A stretch of 64,000 nucleotides of DNA from a virus (Duplodnaviria; Caudoviricetes): positions 64,001 to 128,000 of the IMG/VR virus record IMGVR_UViG_3300028374_000002; one strand, written 5' to 3'. Under the pieces are notes generated by a model. The model did not search any database and had not been told where the DNA came from. It was given only the letters and a program-made list of their open reading frames with translations. The translations under genes were made by a program, and so were the position numbers. Of this stretch, positions 50,391-60,228 are shown piece by piece; positions within the stretch are counted from its first letter, which is position 1, and each line of letters opens with the position of its first letter.

Positions 50391-50574
50391 AAGTGGAACA
50401 GAATGGATTGAAGATCCTGTTGATTTAAATCTAATTATAGACAATTTAGATTTTGAAGGTATAGAGGATATATCAATTAATAAAATAGAGAATCAAAATG
50501 TTCATGATCTAGAGATAGAAAATCAACATAATTATATTGTTGATGGGCTAGGAATAGTTCATAACGGTGGAGGT
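50374..50574 (+). CDS. nrdA: nrdA fragment 2, exon 1: IntC1 (64 aa, ends HN at 50565) + GGG
   Basis: VHDLEIENQHNYIVDGLGIVHN followed by GGT GGA GGT and the intron 5' splice site. Confidence 0.85.
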
Positions 50575-50869
50575 AAATAAGCGTATGCTTCCACTTTAAA
50601 AAATTTGGAGAATTGCTGGGAAATTCTTAGAGTTATCATTACTACAACATAAAGAGTAATCTTAAGTGTGAAAGTTAAAAAAATGATAAATTGGACAATC
50701 AGCAGCCGCCTTTCTTAGGGATAAGAAAAAGGTTCAACGACTAATGAGAGTAATGTAGACCACAAGAAATCAACACGAGCACCAAACACAGAAATGTGAA
50801 GATATAGTCTGATCTTGTATGAAAGTATAAGAAATTAGGATAAAGACCCTAATGATAACAAAGTAAATG
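50575..50869 (+). mobile_element. Group I self-splicing intron (295 nt, no ORF) in nrdA
   Basis: 5' exon ends in U, intron ends in G; IGS GCTTCC (50587-92) pairs with GGAGGT including the U.G wobble; core elements AATTGCTGGGAA (P), AATCAGCAG (Q), GTTCAACGACTA (R), AAGATATAGTCT (S); splicing restores GGG|KRKGS in frame. Confidence 0.95.
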
Positions 50870-51604
50870 AAACGCAAAGGAAGTATAGCCATTTATATGG
50901 AACCATGGCATGCTGATATTATGGAGTTCTTAGATTTAAGAAAAAACCAAGGTAAGGAAGAAATCAGGGCTAGAGATTTATTCCTAGCTATGTGGATGAA
51001 TGACCTATTTATGGAAAGAGTTGATTTGGACAAAGATTGGTCTTTGATGTGTCCTAACGAATGTAAAGGATTGGGTGATACTTATGGTGATGAATTTCGT
51101 GAGTTATACCTTAAATATGAAAGTGAGGGAAAATATAAAAAGGTTGTTAAGGCTAGAGAAGTTTGGAATAAAATCTTAGAGTCTCAAATAGAAACTGGTA
51201 CACCTTATATACTCTATAAAGATACTATTAATGAGAGGTCTAATCAAAAGAATATTGGTGTTATCAAAAGTTCCAATCTTTGTCTAGACGGTAGTAGCTT
51301 GGTAAGATGTAAGATTAATGGTGTTGAAGAAGAACTTGATATGGTTACTATAGATGGTTTGTTTAAAGATGGTAAGGTAATAGAAGTTTTATCTAGAGAT
51401 GTTAAGAATGGTCTTGATGAGTGGTGTCTAGTTGAGAATTCAGGAATGATAAACAATAATGCAGAAACAATTAAAGTAACAGACAAAGAAACTGATAACT
51501 TTATAATATGTACAGAAGATCATAAAATATGGACTGAAAACAGAGGATATATTAAGGCAATTGATTTAAACGTGGATGATATAGTTAAAATTATGGAATC
51601 ATAA
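50870..51604 (+). CDS. nrdA: nrdA fragment 2, exon 2 (KRKGS...SSNL) + IntN2
   Basis: WHADI, ETGTPY, SSNL then CLDGSS...CTEDHKIW intein N-half (51281-51601, 107 aa). Confidence 0.93.
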   Translation, partial: KRKGSIAIYMEPWHADIMEFLDLRKNQGKEEIRARDLFLAMWMNDLFMERVDLDKDWSLMCPNECKGLGDTYGDEFRELYLKYESEGKYKKVVKAREVWNKILESQIETGTPYILYKDTINERSNQKNIGVIKSSNLCLDGSSLVRCKINGVEEELDMVTIDGLFKDGKVIEVLSRDVKNGLDEWCLVENSGMINNNAETIKVTDKETDNFIICTEDHKIWTENRGYIKAIDLNVDDIVKIMES

Positions 51605-51663
51605 ATATCGGCAAATAAAATTATCAGAAACACACATAATTAATATATAAAATAAAAATAATT

Positions 51664-52515
51664 ATGTGTGTTTCTTCTAATTACTTATATATTATCACTG
51701 ATACAACAAAACCAGGTAACTATGAGTTTGGTAACCTTAAGTTTCAGTTCTTACCATTCTACGTTGGTGTTTCTAATACAGAAACCTATTACAAAAGGGA
51801 AGACGTGCATATAAGGTATGCTAAAATTAAAAAAGATGTTACCAAAAATAAGTATAAGATGAATATAATAAACAAAATACTTAAATCTAATAAAGAACCA
51901 CATATATATAGATTATACGAAAATTCTACAAGAGATTTTATATTTAAAAAAGAAATTGACCTAATACTAATGATTGGTAATAGGTTTGATAAAACAGGAC
52001 CACTAGTGAACATATCAAAAGGTGGTGAAGGTGGTGATACTTTCACAAACAATCCACGCAAGGAAGAAATAAGAGAGAAGCATAGGTTGAATGCAATAGG
52101 ATCTAAAAATAACATGTATGGTTTACCGTTGGAAAAAAGACCATCTCATATTTCAAAACTAAGTGGGACACATTGGAATAAGGATAGTGTTGTAAGCGAT
52201 TCCACTAGAAAGAAACTATCAAATAAGAGCAAAGGTCATAATAATAACAAGTCAAAATTTACACTATTATTTGATAAAGATTTCAATTTTATAAAAGAAT
52301 TTGAATGTTGTATGTATATAGCAGAACATATAGGATCAACAAAAAAAGCTGTTTCAACAACGGCAAGGAGAAATTCGAAAAAAGAAATCCCTTATCACAC
52401 AACAAAAGAATTCTTTATTATATATAAAGAGGACTGGGAAAATAAATTTAAACATAAAGAGGAAGAAATTAAAGAATTTCTTAGAACTTTTAGAAAAAAT
52501 AAAAATCAATTTTAA
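51664..52515 (+). mobile_element. Free-standing GIY-YIG endonuclease between IntN2 and IntC2
   Basis: YLYII...PFYVG, LVNISKGGEGG, NUMOD3-like basic repeats; homologous to the N-terminus of the 36009 ORF. Confidence 0.8.
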
Positions 52516-52540
52516 TAAAAAAATAAAAAAATAAAAAAGC

Positions 52541-53620
52541 ATGATAAAAATAGAAAGAGTAAAAAATAGACCTGTTTATGATATTACAGTAAATAAAAAC
52601 AATAATTTTTATGCAAATAACATATTAGTTCATAATTGTGGTGAGATAGTAGAAGCCACGGGAATTACAAAAGCACAAAAGCCTATATTGGAAAACAAGG
52701 AACTTTTAGAAAAATTAAATCTAGGAGAGTTTTATGGCAAAGAAAGTGTTAATGAGACTGCTGTTTGTAATTTGGCATCTATTGCACTACCTAAGTTTGT
52801 GAATAAGAATAAAACATATAATCATAAAAAGCTATACGAAACTGCTTATACTGCAACTGTAAATCTAAATAATGTAATTGATTATAATTATTATCCTTCT
52901 GAAAATGCTAAATTTTCTAATATATTACACAGACCGATTGGTTTGGGTGTACAAGGATTAGCAGATGTATTTTTCCTAATCGGAATTCCTTATGACTGTG
53001 ATGATGCTAAAGCACTTAATAAAGAAATATTCGAAACTATTTATTACGGAGCTTTATCTGCATCGAATGATTTGGCTAAGGAACAAGGAACATATGAGAC
53101 TTATAAAGGTTCTCCTTTATCAGAGGGTAAATTTCAGTTTGACTTATGGGGTGCTACACCAACAAAAAGATGGGATTGGGAAAAGCTAAGAGTTAAAATA
53201 TTAGAGCATGGTGTTAGAAACTCTTTAACTACGTGTGTTATGCCGACCGCTTCGTGTTTTACTAGTGATGGTACTATATTCACAGAGGATGGTGTAAAGT
53301 CTTATAGAAATATAATGAATGATATGGATATAGATTGGGAGAAAATAGAAGAAACCAATGAGCAAGGATGGATTAAATTTAAAACACCATTAATGGTAGA
53401 AACTAGATTTGGTCTTAGAGAGTCTAATAAAATATTCTACAATGGTCATAAGGAAGTTATAGAAATCGAATTAGAAGATGGGAACATATTTAAATGTACT
53501 GAAAATCATAAGTTCTTAGTAGAAAGGGATGGTGCTGATGAATGGATTACTGCTAATGATTTAGTAGAAAGTGATGAGATTGTTGAAAGTAGCCTAATGC
53601 TCGAAAATACGAGGGAGTAG
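52541..53620 (+). CDS. nrdA: nrdA fragment 3: IntC2 (32 aa) + CGEI...MPTAS + IntN3
   Basis: VYDITV...FYANNILVHN|CGEI; AVCNLASI, RPIGLGVQG, GVRNS, MPTAS|CFTSD... (53255-53617, 121 aa). Confidence 0.95.
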   Translation: MIKIERVKNRPVYDITVNKNNNFYANNILVHNCGEIVEATGITKAQKPILENKELLEKLNLGEFYGKESVNETAVCNLASIALPKFVNKNKTYNHKKLYETAYTATVNLNNVIDYNYYPSENAKFSNILHRPIGLGVQGLADVFFLIGIPYDCDDAKALNKEIFETIYYGALSASNDLAKEQGTYETYKGSPLSEGKFQFDLWGATPTKRWDWEKLRVKILEHGVRNSLTTCVMPTASCFTSDGTIFTEDGVKSYRNIMNDMDIDWEKIEETNEQGWIKFKTPLMVETRFGLRESNKIFYNGHKEVIEIELEDGNIFKCTENHKFLVERDGADEWITANDLVESDEIVESSLMLENTRE

Positions 53621-53665
53621 GCATAGGACAAGGCATCACTTTAATATATAAATAAAAAAGTATTT

Positions 53666-54904
53666 ATGGTTAAAGTGATGTCTAAGTCTTTCTCTTCAAA
53701 GCGAATGTTTTTAAAAAAATTAAAAGGTGTGAAAATAGTTGAAAGTGATATAGAATGTGGTATAGATGAATTATTTGCGTGGTATGGAATACCAGAGAGT
53801 ATAAATTTATGTAAAAAAATTGACATAATAAACCTAAAATTAAATAATAACATCGATGATAGGCAGTTAAAAACATATTTAAAAAAATCATTAAATACTT
53901 TTGAAATTAAAAGGTTTTTATCCTATATTGAATATAAAAGTAATAATCCTAAAGATGTTAGTTCAGAAAATTATTTTAAGTTAGTATATGGTAAAGGTTG
54001 GGAAAATTATAAAGACAAGAAAGCAAAGGATAGAAAATCCCCATATGACTTAGAGTATGTTGCCAAGTCCAATAATATATCAACTGATAAAGCTAAATGT
54101 AAGATATCAAAAATGAAATCAGACAAAGCAACTAACCTAGTTGGATTTATAAGAAGACATGGTAAAGAAAATGGTGAAAAAATGTTTCAAAAATTTCAAT
54201 TAACTAGCAAACATACATTAGAAAAGTATATTAACAAACACGGAAGTATCATAGGATTAGAAAAATGGAATAAGTATTTGTTGGTTAAATCAGAAACTTC
54301 AGCATTTAATAAAAATTTTTGGATTAACAAAGGATTTACTAAAAAAGAATCAATCGCTAAAGTCAGAAAAATATCAGACAATAGTAGTTTGAAATATTTT
54401 ATAAATAAACATAATGGTAATATAGATGTTGCAAAGACTGAATTTATCAAATTTATTAGGAAAAAGGGTGTAAATTTCAATAATGCAAGTAAGGAGTCAT
54501 TAACTTACTTTAATAGTTTGTATAAAAAACTAATAGAATTTGGTATATATGATTGTGATATACACTTAGGTGCATTTGGTAAAAATGAGTTATGCCTTTT
54601 CTATGAAGATGGTTGCTATCTTTATGATTTTGCTATAAAAAGTCATAAGCTAATTATAGAATATCACGGTGAGAGATGGCATCCTAACCCTGATAGATTA
54701 TCTGATAAAGAATGGAATTCGTGGAAATGTATTGCTAGTGGTATCAGTGCAAATGAAAAGCATTTAAGAGATAGGCATAAAGAAAAAGTGGTATATGACA
54801 ATGGTTTCAAATTACTAGAAATATGGTCTAATGATACATATAAACTTAATTGTTATAAAATAAATAACTTTTTAGAAGAAAATAATATAAAAATAAATAA
54901 ATAA
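53666..54904 (+). mobile_element. Free-standing Vsr/DUF559-like endonuclease between IntN3 and IntC3
   Basis: YLYDFAI...LIIEYHGERWH...LLEIWSND. Confidence 0.75.
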
Positions 54905-54906
54905 TT

Positions 54907-55686
54907 ATGAAAATAAAAAAGATTACAAAATCACAAACGACTAAACCTACATGGGATATAGAAGTAGAAGATGTTCACGAGTATCTAACTGGAAATATGT
55001 GTGTGTCACATAATACTGCACAAATACTAGGTAATGAGGCATCTTATGAAGCACAGACCTCTAATATGTACTCTAGAGGAACATTATCAGGTACATTTAT
55101 TATGGTTAATAAGTATCTTGTAAAAGAGCTAGTTAAACAAGGTATATGGGATGATAATATAAGAAAGAAAATTATAACAGAAAATGGTTCTGTTCAAAAC
55201 ATACCAGAGATACCTACAAATCTTAAAGAGATATTTAAGACAGTTTATGAGGTTAAGCAGAAGGATGTTATTGACATGTGTGCTGATAGGGGGGCTTTTG
55301 TTGACCAAACACAATCTATGAATATTTTTATGGATTCTCCAAACTTTGCTAAGCTAACTGCTATGCACTTTTATGGATGGGGTAGAAGAAAATTCTTAAA
55401 AGACGAAAGAGGTCAAGATGTTATACCAAGTGGTGATAATATAGAAATTATTTATAATGAAGATGGTACTCCTAGATTTTATAGAGATAAAAAATCTTGT
55501 CTAAAAACTGGTATATATTATCTAAGGAATAAAGGAGCAGCTGATGCTGTTAAATTTACTACTAAGCAAGTAACAGAAGAAGTTAAAGTTGATGAATCAG
55601 AAATGTCACCAAAAGAATTCCAAACTATGGTTGAAAATTCTAGAAATGCACAAGATGATGATGACTGTTTAATGTGTGGTTCTTAA
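54907..55686 (+). CDS. nrdA: nrdA fragment 4: IntC3 (36 aa) + C-terminal NrdA
   Basis: TWDIEVEDVHEYLTGNMCVSHN|TAQILG; DQTQSMN, KTGIYYLR, C-terminal CLMCGS redox pair. Confidence 0.95.
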   Translation: MKIKKITKSQTTKPTWDIEVEDVHEYLTGNMCVSHNTAQILGNEASYEAQTSNMYSRGTLSGTFIMVNKYLVKELVKQGIWDDNIRKKIITENGSVQNIPEIPTNLKEIFKTVYEVKQKDVIDMCADRGAFVDQTQSMNIFMDSPNFAKLTAMHFYGWGRRKFLKDERGQDVIPSGDNIEIIYNEDGTPRFYRDKKSCLKTGIYYLRNKGAADAVKFTTKQVTEEVKVDESEMSPKEFQTMVENSRNAQDDDDCLMCGS

Positions 55687-55707
55687 CATTTAATTACTAA
55701 GCAAGAC

Positions 55708-55740
55708 AAAAACTCTCAATATAATATATTGAGAGTTTTT
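55708..55740. terminator. Bidirectional terminator hairpin
   Basis: AAAACTCTCAATAT-aat-ATATTGAGAGTTTT between convergent genes. Confidence 0.8.
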
Positions 55741-56510
55741 TATTTCCATATGTTTTCTAAATCTATCCTAGCATTAACACCTACTTCTTTTCCATCTTTA
55801 ATTAAAGAATATTTGTTAAAATCTTTGAAAACATTTAGTATTTCCATCATTTTTATAATTTCTTTATGTTCTATATCCTCATTAAATATCTTAACTAAGT
55901 TATCTACCTCATCGTATGATAAGTTTCTTTTATCTTTGAGAAAATGTGTGAAGTCATAGAATAAATCAGAATATTTATGACCCTCTCCGTTTATTTCTTT
56001 TTTGAGTAAAAATTTACTGAGAGATGTTTCAACACCTATTGTTGGCAGGGAATAGATATAGTCGTTGATTTCAAAACATTTATCTTTATTGTTGTACATA
56101 GACATTGTGTCATTGCTTAAATTTATGTAGTTAAAATTCTTATGGCTAAACTCAATATATTTACTCTCTATTGTATCTTCATCGATATAATCAAATCCTA
56201 TTTTTTTACCAATCGTTAGTCTAACTATTTCAATGAAGATAAAAACTATATCTATGCTTCTTATATCTCCAAAATTATATCCTTTTTGAAAAGTTATATT
56301 GTTTATAACAACGGTTTTTATTTTAGCTATTACCATAGATATATCATCTTTTATAAAATTACTCTCATACATTTCTATATCTTGTATACTAGCTTTTCTG
56401 ATTTTCATACTGAAGTCATCTTGATAGAACAGACCCAATGAAGGCAATGTTTTTAATTTAATTACTTTTTCGTTTCCAAAAAATTTTTGTGAAAATTGTG
56501 CCAATTCCAT
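55740..56510 (-). CDS. Probable baseplate hub / tail assembly protein (T4 gp26-like)
   Basis: LPSLGLFY..FSMKIRKASIQD N-terminus typical of this family. Confidence 0.45.
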   Translation of the reverse strand: MELAQFSQKFFGNEKVIKLKTLPSLGLFYQDDFSMKIRKASIQDIEMYESNFIKDDISMVIAKIKTVVINNITFQKGYNFGDIRSIDIVFIFIEIVRLTIGKKIGFDYIDEDTIESKYIEFSHKNFNYINLSNDTMSMYNNKDKCFEINDYIYSLPTIGVETSLSKFLLKKEINGEGHKYSDLFYDFTHFLKDKRNLSYDEVDNLVKIFNEDIEHKEIIKMMEILNVFKDFNKYSLIKDGKEVGVNARIDLENIWK

Positions 56511-56607
56511 TAATATTTTAATTTGGCTTATATATTATTTAAACAAATCTTTGTTAGTATTAAACATTTATTTTTTTTTGTATATAATAATAAAATAATA
56601 TATAACT

Positions 56608-57009
56608 ATGTCAATAAACGTAAGAAACTCACAACTAACACAAGAAACTATTGAATCTATAAACCATCTTATTGATGAGGATATAAATGCAACTGTTGCT
56701 TTTAAACTTATGAGAATAATCAAAGAATTATCTTCTATTGTTGAGGATAAAAATAAGCTAGAGAAAAAGATTTTAGATAAATGGGTCAAAAGGGATGATG
56801 AAGAAAATCCTATAGTAGGCAAAGACCAAGATGGTAAAGAGATAGAGGGATCGGTAGAACTAAAAGACCCTAAATCATTTACTGAGGAAATGGAGAAGTT
56901 ATCACTTATGGAAAATGAAATAGGATTTGATAAAATAAAATTTGAAGACCTAAATTTAAAGACTGCTAAAATAAAAGATTTGATGAAAATTGAATTCTTA
57001 TTTGTATAA
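56608..57009 (+). CDS. Hypothetical protein
   Basis: 133-aa helical ORF. Confidence 0.65.
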   Translation: MSINVRNSQLTQETIESINHLIDEDINATVAFKLMRIIKELSSIVEDKNKLEKKILDKWVKRDDEENPIVGKDQDGKEIEGSVELKDPKSFTEEMEKLSLMENEIGFDKIKFEDLNLKTAKIKDLMKIEFLFV

Positions 57010-57058
57010 AATATATATGGAGTGGCATTTTTAATATATAATAAAAAATATATTTATA

Positions 57059-58720
57059 ATGCCAAATACATATAGTATTTTCATAGGAGAAGTAATAGAG
57101 AGTACTAGCAAAGAAGATTTATTCGGATTGTTAGAACTTCTACCAGATAATACACAAAAGTTAATTAGTCCAAGAGATGCTAGGGATGCTTTCCTTACGA
57201 CTTGGGCCAATTCTACTTTTAAACTCACCTCTACTACTAGTCAAAATGAATACATAGGTATAGATACTGGGAACCCAGTAAATAGAGATGTAAAGACTAA
57301 AATATTACTAGGTAAAAGGAGCGTGGGATCATTCAATATAATGAGTGATGCTCTTTTAAACACAACAGATACCGATGTATTTTTCTTCAATACTAAAAAA
57401 GATAATGCTAGTCAAGATAAAACTAAAATATCTATATTAGCAGGAACAAATAGATTATTATATCCAAACTCACCATATTTAGAAACAGTTAGAGAGGAAG
57501 GCTCTGATGTCCTAAGCTTTAATATAGTAAATCCTAATCCACTTGGTACTTTAAATATATCATCATCTGATATAGTTAATATTAATGGGATATCGTTTCC
57601 TACAATTGATGATAATAGCACAGATGCACAAAATGGTAAGATACTTAAATATTCTGGGATATACCCATTTGGTAGTTTAGAATGGGCTGAACTAGAGGCT
57701 GGTGATGTACAAATTGGATCTCCTGGTTCAGAAACAAACATATATGGTAGTCCAGTTAATCTGAACGGATTTTCATTAGAATTTATAGAAAATGATATAG
57801 TCCCAGAGGATATAGGAGATATTAAACAAGGTGAGAGTTTCCCAGTTAATTCATTTGATGATAATGGGGATTTGGCTACACCACAAGACTGGCCAATATC
57901 AGAAATACTTAGAAGAGTATTATATCCAGAAATAGATCCAGAATTAGAGTTTGATTTAAGTCCAAGTAATAATAAATATGTAGAAATCGGTGATACTAAT
58001 ACCAAGTCTTTCACATTTTCTATAAAATCATTTCCTAGAAAGCCTTCAGAAAGAGTTTCAAGTTGGTTTATAAGAAATATACCTAATACTGGTGCGTGGA
58101 ACATTATAACACAAGGTGGACCATTATCAGATATACCAGGAGACACATTCAGTAGTTCTATCACAACACAGATAAATAGACAATTTACTGGAGAATTTGA
58201 ATATGAACTATTGGTTTCTACAAGGAGTGATTTAACATTATCACCTAGCAACAGTATAATTGGATATGATTATAAAAAAAGAATAACACTAGAATCAATA
58301 AAGCCCTTTTTTAACATAATAACTAATGATTCTGCAATAATATCTAGCTTATCTACTTCATTATCAGGCTCATTACCACCTAATAGTGTAACACCACAAA
58401 CACTTAAATTAGTTATAGAAAACGTAAATGTAATTAAAACAGTGGATAGCTATCCGACTAACGGTGGTAGTCTTAATCTTTCATTTGATGGACAAGGTTA
58501 TATCATATTCGCACAATCAGTCATATATCCACCTGTTAGACAAATAAAAGATGATAATGGATTTGTTATTTATGATATAAATGATTTAGCACTAAGTTCA
58601 TTTCAAGTAAATACTATAACATCATCATCACCATTTACATACTATGGTGGGTTTAGAGTATATAAAAGTATTTATATGGTAACTAGCAATTATACTTTTA
58701 ATCTACAAATAATATACTAA
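57059..58720 (+). CDS. Virion structural protein (tail/baseplate-associated), paralogue A
   Basis: Ser/Thr/Asn-rich beta protein homologous to 58723; next to the tail fibre; TAATATATA at 57032. Confidence 0.55.
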   Translation: MPNTYSIFIGEVIESTSKEDLFGLLELLPDNTQKLISPRDARDAFLTTWANSTFKLTSTTSQNEYIGIDTGNPVNRDVKTKILLGKRSVGSFNIMSDALLNTTDTDVFFFNTKKDNASQDKTKISILAGTNRLLYPNSPYLETVREEGSDVLSFNIVNPNPLGTLNISSSDIVNINGISFPTIDDNSTDAQNGKILKYSGIYPFGSLEWAELEAGDVQIGSPGSETNIYGSPVNLNGFSLEFIENDIVPEDIGDIKQGESFPVNSFDDNGDLATPQDWPISEILRRVLYPEIDPELEFDLSPSNNKYVEIGDTNTKSFTFSIKSFPRKPSERVSSWFIRNIPNTGAWNIITQGGPLSDIPGDTFSSSITTQINRQFTGEFEYELLVSTRSDLTLSPSNSIIGYDYKKRITLESIKPFFNIITNDSAIISSLSTSLSGSLPPNSVTPQTLKLVIENVNVIKTVDSYPTNGGSLNLSFDGQGYIIFAQSVIYPPVRQIKDDNGFVIYDINDLALSSFQVNTITSSSPFTYYGGFRVYKSIYMVTSNYTFNLQIIY

Positions 58721-58722
58721 AT

Positions 58723-60198
58723 ATGCCAATTTATACTTTAAATAATTCAACTATAACAGAGAGTTCAACTTATGATTTAAGTAATTATGACCAAAAGATA
58801 GATTTACTCACAACACTTTTTGATAATACCACCAATCAAATTAAGCCAAGACCATTAAGGGATGCTATATTATCTATTTGGGCAAATACTGCATTTAAGG
58901 AAACAAAAGTTGGTGATATGACTTATATAGGCATTGATACACTAGACCCAAGAACAACTGGTGATAGAAAAGATGCTAAGTATAAGATATTATTAGGCAA
59001 GAGGTCATATACACCGAATGGAGAATCTTACTCTGAATCAAATGATATATTAACAGAGGATTTACTAGAAAGTGATACGGATATATTCTTTTTTAATACA
59101 AAGGATGATTTGGGTGATCAAAACACTACTAAACTATCATTTTTAGCTAGCACTGATAGCGAACTTCATATAAATGCACCTTATCTATCTACTCAGTACG
59201 TAAGTGGCATAGAATCACTAACATTTAATATAGTAAATAAAGGTGTTATAAACTTAGTGTCAGAAAACAACACATATATAAATAACTTAGGATTTCCCAA
59301 AGCTTCCGATAGTAATTCTTTAGACCTAGATAATAAACTCTTAGTTTATAGAGATGGGAACTTTATGTGGGAAGATTTTACATTGTTTTTAGACAATGTT
59401 GGTATGACTGGTTCTGAGTTAAACATATATGGTGATGTAAATATAAATGATTATAGTCTAGATTTCACTGATAGTAGAAAGCTCCCTATTGATTTTGGTG
59501 GACTTAACCAAGGTGAAACCTTTGGTTCTAATAGCATAACAGAAATGCTCAAAAGAATGATATATCCAAACCAAGCACCTACTGGTTCATTGGTGTTATT
59601 ACCACCATTTGATAATGGAATTGCCGAGGTTGGCACATTTCCAAATCCAATGATAGAATATACCATAGTTAAAAAGACCTCACCTACTATAACAACTATA
59701 TTAAGTAATATGAATCCTAGTTTTTATCCACCAATAGAAGGGATTCCTTACAAGACTATTATTGGTGTAGCAAGTGCAATAGTTATATCACCAATCAATA
59801 CATCAACACAGAATTATAAGATAATAGTAAGTGATTCTAATCAAGAAAATACAGATGATGTTTCAATAAAGGGTGTATATCCAATTTTCTATGGTATAGA
59901 TACAATTACATCAATTACAAATTCCAATCTATCTTTTTTAGACAAATTAGTAGAAGATAAGAGTAATAAAAATATTAACATAATTGGCGAAGGAAATATC
60001 TATTTTTTATATCCAGTTGAATATGATGAGTTGGTTGATATTACTGATTCTGATGACAATTCTATAGATTATGAGTCTGAGATAATATCTTATTCATCAC
60101 CACTAGGTTACTGGGCATCAAAAGATTATTACATATACTACTCAACAAATTCTTATAGCCTAGAGACTCCTACTGAATTTAAATTTAAATTCAGTTAA
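58723..60198 (+). CDS. Virion structural protein, paralogue B
   Basis: Shares DNT..I.PR..RDA.L..WAN..FK, YIGIDT, KILLGKRS, TD.FFFNTK with 57059. Confidence 0.55.
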   Translation: MPIYTLNNSTITESSTYDLSNYDQKIDLLTTLFDNTTNQIKPRPLRDAILSIWANTAFKETKVGDMTYIGIDTLDPRTTGDRKDAKYKILLGKRSYTPNGESYSESNDILTEDLLESDTDIFFFNTKDDLGDQNTTKLSFLASTDSELHINAPYLSTQYVSGIESLTFNIVNKGVINLVSENNTYINNLGFPKASDSNSLDLDNKLLVYRDGNFMWEDFTLFLDNVGMTGSELNIYGDVNINDYSLDFTDSRKLPIDFGGLNQGETFGSNSITEMLKRMIYPNQAPTGSLVLLPPFDNGIAEVGTFPNPMIEYTIVKKTSPTITTILSNMNPSFYPPIEGIPYKTIIGVASAIVISPINTSTQNYKIIVSDSNQENTDDVSIKGVYPIFYGIDTITSITNSNLSFLDKLVEDKSNKNINIIGEGNIYFLYPVEYDELVDITDSDDNSIDYESEIISYSSPLGYWASKDYYIYYSTNSYSLETPTEFKFKFS

Positions 60199-60228
60199 AG
60201 ATAGAATAAAAAAATATATATATACCAT

